Source: Chara braunii
Lineage: Eukaryota > Plantae > Charophyceae
DNA length: 64,000 nucleotides
Direction: 5' to 3'
Assembly: GCA_003427395.1 (NCBI GenBank)
Contig: BFEA01000019.1
Span: 667,871-731,870, forward strand
Notes under the pieces: model-generated
Told to the model about the DNA's origin: nothing
What the model saw: the letters and a program-made list of their open reading frames with translations, nothing else
The model's database searches: none
In this document: positions 60,583 through 64,000 of the stretch, in pieces
How the letters are laid out: every line of letters starts with the position of its first letter
How positions within the stretch are numbered: position 1 is the first letter of the stretch
Translations under genes and position numbers: made by a program

Positions 60583-63419
60583 GGACAGAAAATAAGCACA
60601 CTAGCAGTGTCCGAGACCATTCACTCTCAACCATTTCTCAAGATCTGAGTGTAGAACTTACAATGCGGCCGCTGCTGCAGGGGCTGCAGGAGCTGCAGGG
60701 ACAGCTAGGGCTGCAGGCGATGGACTTGCTGTCGCAGGCTCCGGTTGTGGAGAGCTGGAAGCAGGGGAGCTACAAGAACGACAAGCTAAAAGTTGTCAGA
60801 TTCCCATAACCCAAATAACCTCAATTGCTCACATAGATAATAAGACGGATGCCACAAGACTAGATGGTCTCAAAGAAAACGACCCTTTCTTAACATAACA
60901 AACAAATCAGTTATTAGCAATCTTGTGAAAAGCATCGTCTGGCACAAATCGACCACCTATCTTGCAGCACACAGCCACGTATCAGATGCACGCACAGTGA
61001 AAAGCTCACTCCACGAAGCCTTTTCAGTGAATTCAAACTGCTAACATTGTGGATAGATCATAGGAGACCAAGTTACTTATATGTGTTCAAAACAATGACA
61101 TTCTTCTGGCAACACAACTACAATCTCACAGACCTGCACACCAAACCTTCGTATCAAAAAGGAGGAAGTCAGATAAAGCAATTGAAGCAAAAGGCACCAC
61201 AACTACAATCTCACAGTTATGCTCAGAACTCCCACTTGATGGTCATTATGCCTGGTCACCTGAACAAGGCAAAGCGTTGATAAAACTAATAACTGCCATC
61301 TTCTCCCAAATAATATTTGCAATGTTGCCATCCCGAATGCCACTTTCAAGCCAGGTACATCAAAATGTTCCAAACAATGTCCATAGTACTCCATACACGT
61401 TATACGTTACACCTGCTGTTGATGGATGGTAACCTGGTACCCACGGGTTATTTTTTTAAGGTGCACCCGTCAACTTATTTTTCACATCAACCTCTAGCTC
61501 CAATACATTTGAAGTTAGCTTGTTCTTCCTTACTGCGCAGTTGCATACCATTTGCAGGTGTTTCCACTTCTTTTCTCGTTATGCTCACTGTTCTGACTTC
61601 GGCACTCGACATCCCCAAATCCACAATCGAACCCCCCCCCCACTGAATGCCTGTATGATTAATTTTAGCCTCTTTTCCTGAGGCCCAGATGGTATCCCAA
61701 CCACAAGCCTACAACAGCGTTGTGTCTCGTTTCCCATCAGACTCCGAAACATCAATCCGGAAACCAAGAAACACAAAGGGAGATAAGCCCGTAAAGTCTC
61801 CATAGCAGGCCAGCAGCACTGCATTCACAATTCACAGTGGACACTGCACGCCATTCTATCGCAAATTTTGCAATAGAATTCCACTGCGAATTGTGAATGC
61901 AGTGCTGCTGGCCTGCTATGGAGACTTTACTGGCTTATCCGCCTTTGCTTTCCTGGTTTCTGCATTGCTGTTTTCAAGTCCAATGGAAAAGGACTCAACG
62001 TGCATGGCTGCCACAGCCAGGAGAAGCTAGGCCCCACCATGGACACTCGGCGATTCCAGAGTTGACTACTCTCACAGGTTCATCAAAGTAGGTTCAGAAT
62101 TTTCAGGTGGTTTCACACGGAAAATTGCTACATCGGACGCATAGGAAAATAATACACAGGTGCTAAGTGCAGGCTTTATAGACCCCACAATACAGACTGT
62201 CAATCAGTGAGTGCGCAAACTGCGACTTAAGAGTTTAGGTAACAGAGGAACATACGGTTCAACAGCCATAGGTACTGCTTCTGATGCCGCCGCAAGAGGA
62301 GCTGGAGAGGCTACCATGGGAGAACTAGGGGCCGGCCGTGGTTGTGCCTGCAAGACACACGAATTGCAGAATAATTAGATTCCGAATGGGACAAATCAAA
62401 CTTGCACATCGCCCCACTTATCTTGCCAAACGCAGCATCATTTTCCAATCTCTACCATATTTTGAATGTAGACCAGCAGAGCTCTTTCAAATATGCCACA
62501 TTCGTGGCACTCGGCAGGGGAGGAGTTATAGGCACAGCTCACAATTCCAACGTATGTTCACAATAGGCACAGCTCACAATTCCAACGTATGTTCACAAAT
62601 AACATTTCTTGCGCTAGAAAAGAAAAACAAAGGGGGGTTTACTTCCTTCATCATTCACATAGATTCCAGATTGCAGTAGCCTGCAGAAGCCTTCAAGGCA
62701 CACCTAAACTCACAGTCGCTAAGAATACAACTAGCAAAGAGAAAAAAGAAAAAAGAAAAAAGCAAAGAACACCAAACCTCAGAAGTCTCGATGGCCACCT
62801 AAACTCAGTGGCCAAGAGCAATGCTGTCGAGAAATTGGAAGAACCGCAAATCTCAACTTCATAACCACAAACAACTACTCACACATCGATGCAGTGCTGT
62901 CAAGAAATTGAAAGGACCAGCTACACATTCTGAACAAGCACGTGCACTTGAGTCATGCATCAGAACGTTCACACCATGAACCTCAAACGATCGCAAGATT
63001 GATTAACATTGGAAAGATCGCAAGATGCTAATTACAGCTTTTTCTGCTTTTATTGCCATTTCAGGACAGATTGCCAGAGGAAGTGGACAATAACAACACA
63101 CTTCGCACAAAAGAGGAGCCCTTCATGATCGACGCCAACGCCCCTTTCTGACTCATCAGCAAGGCCATCACCACCACCCCTGCGCACATAAAGCTGCTGG
63201 CTGTGGGAACTCAATCCAACAAGAGAGTTCAGGGTTTACATTCAATTTGAAGACGCATTCGCTTATAATGTACGCTTGCTTCCACCAACATCACCAGAGG
63301 CAATCAGGTAGGGAAATCCAAAACCAGTATAGAACGGCATAAGAATACTTCCATAGCAGTACCTGAGGTACAGCAGGAGCTGCTGCACTTGAGGACGCTC
63401 CCGCAGCCGGAGTCTTACT
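48999..63419 (-). CDS. RAD23: RAD23 ubiquitin receptor / nucleotide-excision-repair protein; 9 exons, N-terminal UBL exons outside window
   Basis: GT-AG exons 63363-63419, 62256-62347, 60662-60769, 58810-58993, 56297-56518, 55351-55422, 52452-52499, 50979-51091, 50438-50495, then terminal 48999-49118 (nine internal exons plus the terminal exon) join in frame into linker, UBA1, STI1/XPC-binding and UBA2 domains. Confidence 0.93.
49327..49364. other. Nextera junction adapter (artefact)
   Basis: Exact 38-nt adapter; the preceding 34 nt duplicate 53102-53135. Confidence 0.97.
50201..50267 (-). pseudogene. U6: 5'-truncated U6 retrocopy with A-rich tail in a RAD23 intron
   Basis: Minus strand ATGGCCCCTGCGCAAGGATGACACGCATAAATAGAGAAATGGTTCAAATT + A-tail, flanked by TSD CATGGGAGGTGTTT. 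Confidence 0.85.
50438..50495 (-). CDS. RAD23: RAD23 exon
   Basis: [19 protein letters not shown]; phase 2 to 0. Confidence 0.8.
50979..51091 (-). CDS. RAD23: RAD23 exon (XPC-binding/STI1)
   Basis: [37 protein letters not shown]. Confidence 0.92.
52452..52499 (-). CDS. RAD23: RAD23 exon (STI1)
   Basis: [16 protein letters not shown], flanked by TTTTGCAG and GTATTG. Confidence 0.82.
53110..53726. mobile_element. About 620-bp insertion with 13-bp TSD (non-LTR-type) in a RAD23 intron
   Basis: TCATAAAACTCCA at 53097-53109 and 53727-53739; AT/A-rich end. Confidence 0.6.
55351..55422 (-). CDS. RAD23: RAD23 exon
   Basis: [24 protein letters not shown] (LDFLRN motif). Confidence 0.88.
55840..55918 (+). 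pseudogene. U6: Degenerate 3'-truncated U6 copy
   Basis: GGAACAATACAGAGAAGATTAGCATGGCCCCTGCACAAGG followed by A-rich sequence. Confidence 0.78.
56297..56518 (-). CDS. RAD23: RAD23 exon (UBA1-STI1 linker)
   Basis: [14 protein letters not shown]...[13 protein letters not shown]. Confidence 0.92.
58810..58993 (-). CDS. RAD23: RAD23 exon (UBA1)
   Basis: [56 protein letters not shown]. Confidence 0.95.
60662..60769 (-). CDS. RAD23: RAD23 exon (Pro/Ala linker)
   Basis: [35 protein letters not shown]; phase 2 to 2, canonical splice sites. Confidence 0.8.
61759..61960. repeat. Long inverted repeat (hairpin) in a RAD23 intron
   Basis: GTAAAGTCTCCATAGCAGGCCAGCAGCACTGCATTCACAATTC / GAATTGTGAATGCAGTGCTGCTGGCCTGCTATGGAGACTTTAC. 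Confidence 0.85.
62256..62347 (-). CDS. RAD23: RAD23 exon (linker)
   Basis: [30 protein letters not shown]; phase 0 to 2. Confidence 0.8.
63363..63419 (-). CDS. RAD23: RAD23 exon immediately after the UBL domain
   Basis: [19 protein letters not shown]; CAG acceptor and GTA donor, 57 nt. Confidence 0.78.
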
Positions 63420-64000
63420 CTGCAATGCCCAATGAAGGAAACACAAATCAGTCAAAGAGGGCATTGCAGTTCATTTGAAGCAACAAAATGTGAAGCAGCA
63501 CTACCGTCTTCCCCCGAATAGAACATAAGGTCATTATTACATCAGCATTTGGGAGAACTTTCAGTCTCAATACAGAAGTAACTACCGTGCATTCTATCCC
63601 CGGGGGGGGGGGGAACAGTTCCGCTAGTGTTCAGACCAGATCGTCCAAAGTAGGAAATTCGCAGTCCGTCATCGGACATTCAAGTAAATCCGAAGTTTTT
63701 TCCTCAAACTCAATCAGGGAGCAACGTCGAAAATCAGAAATTGACAGTTCGTCATCAAAAATTTACAGTCAACCTAAGTCCTTCTCTCAGCTCAACTATG
63801 GATCCCAATTCGCCAGACTAATTTTGCAAGGCTAGGCGACTTGCACTCGTACCATTCCAAGGCAGTTTGTAACCTTCATGGGCCCATCAGTCCGCCCTGA
63901 GTCTGTTACACAATCGTCTCCATTTCTCCACGGTTACATGTTTGTCCCACAAGATTCGGGACCAAGAGGTAGACCCCCCCCCGAGGGGTTTCAATACCAA

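Overview
Eukaryotic, repeat-saturated nuclear DNA from a green plant or streptophyte alga. The plant-type U6 and tRNA-Ser, plastid-type PGM, huge TE-filled introns and mate-pair scaffolding gaps are consistent with a charophyte such as Chara, but that assignment is inference. Only two host protein genes are supported: the last two exons of plastidial phosphoglucomutase (40-482, +) and nine phase-consistent exons of RAD23 (48999-63419, -; UBL exons lie beyond the window). Between them are a divergent pair of identical tRNA-Ser(GCT) genes plus a decayed third copy, five U6 snRNA retrocopies or fragments, three organellar insertions (rbcL, cob, mt trnD), decayed Penelope-like elements (one with GIY-YIG upstream of RT), two minimal hammerhead-ribozyme motifs, LTR remnants, several MITE families (TA, TTAA, 3-bp, 8-bp and 9-10-bp TSDs), satellites, and four Nextera mate-pair junction adapters that mark assembly artefacts. 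The strongest novelty candidate is a dispersed ~100-190 nt A-tailed repeat (about 12 full or partial copies) whose hairpins show compensatory changes and a possible pseudoknot, and which matches no standard SINE head that I recognise.
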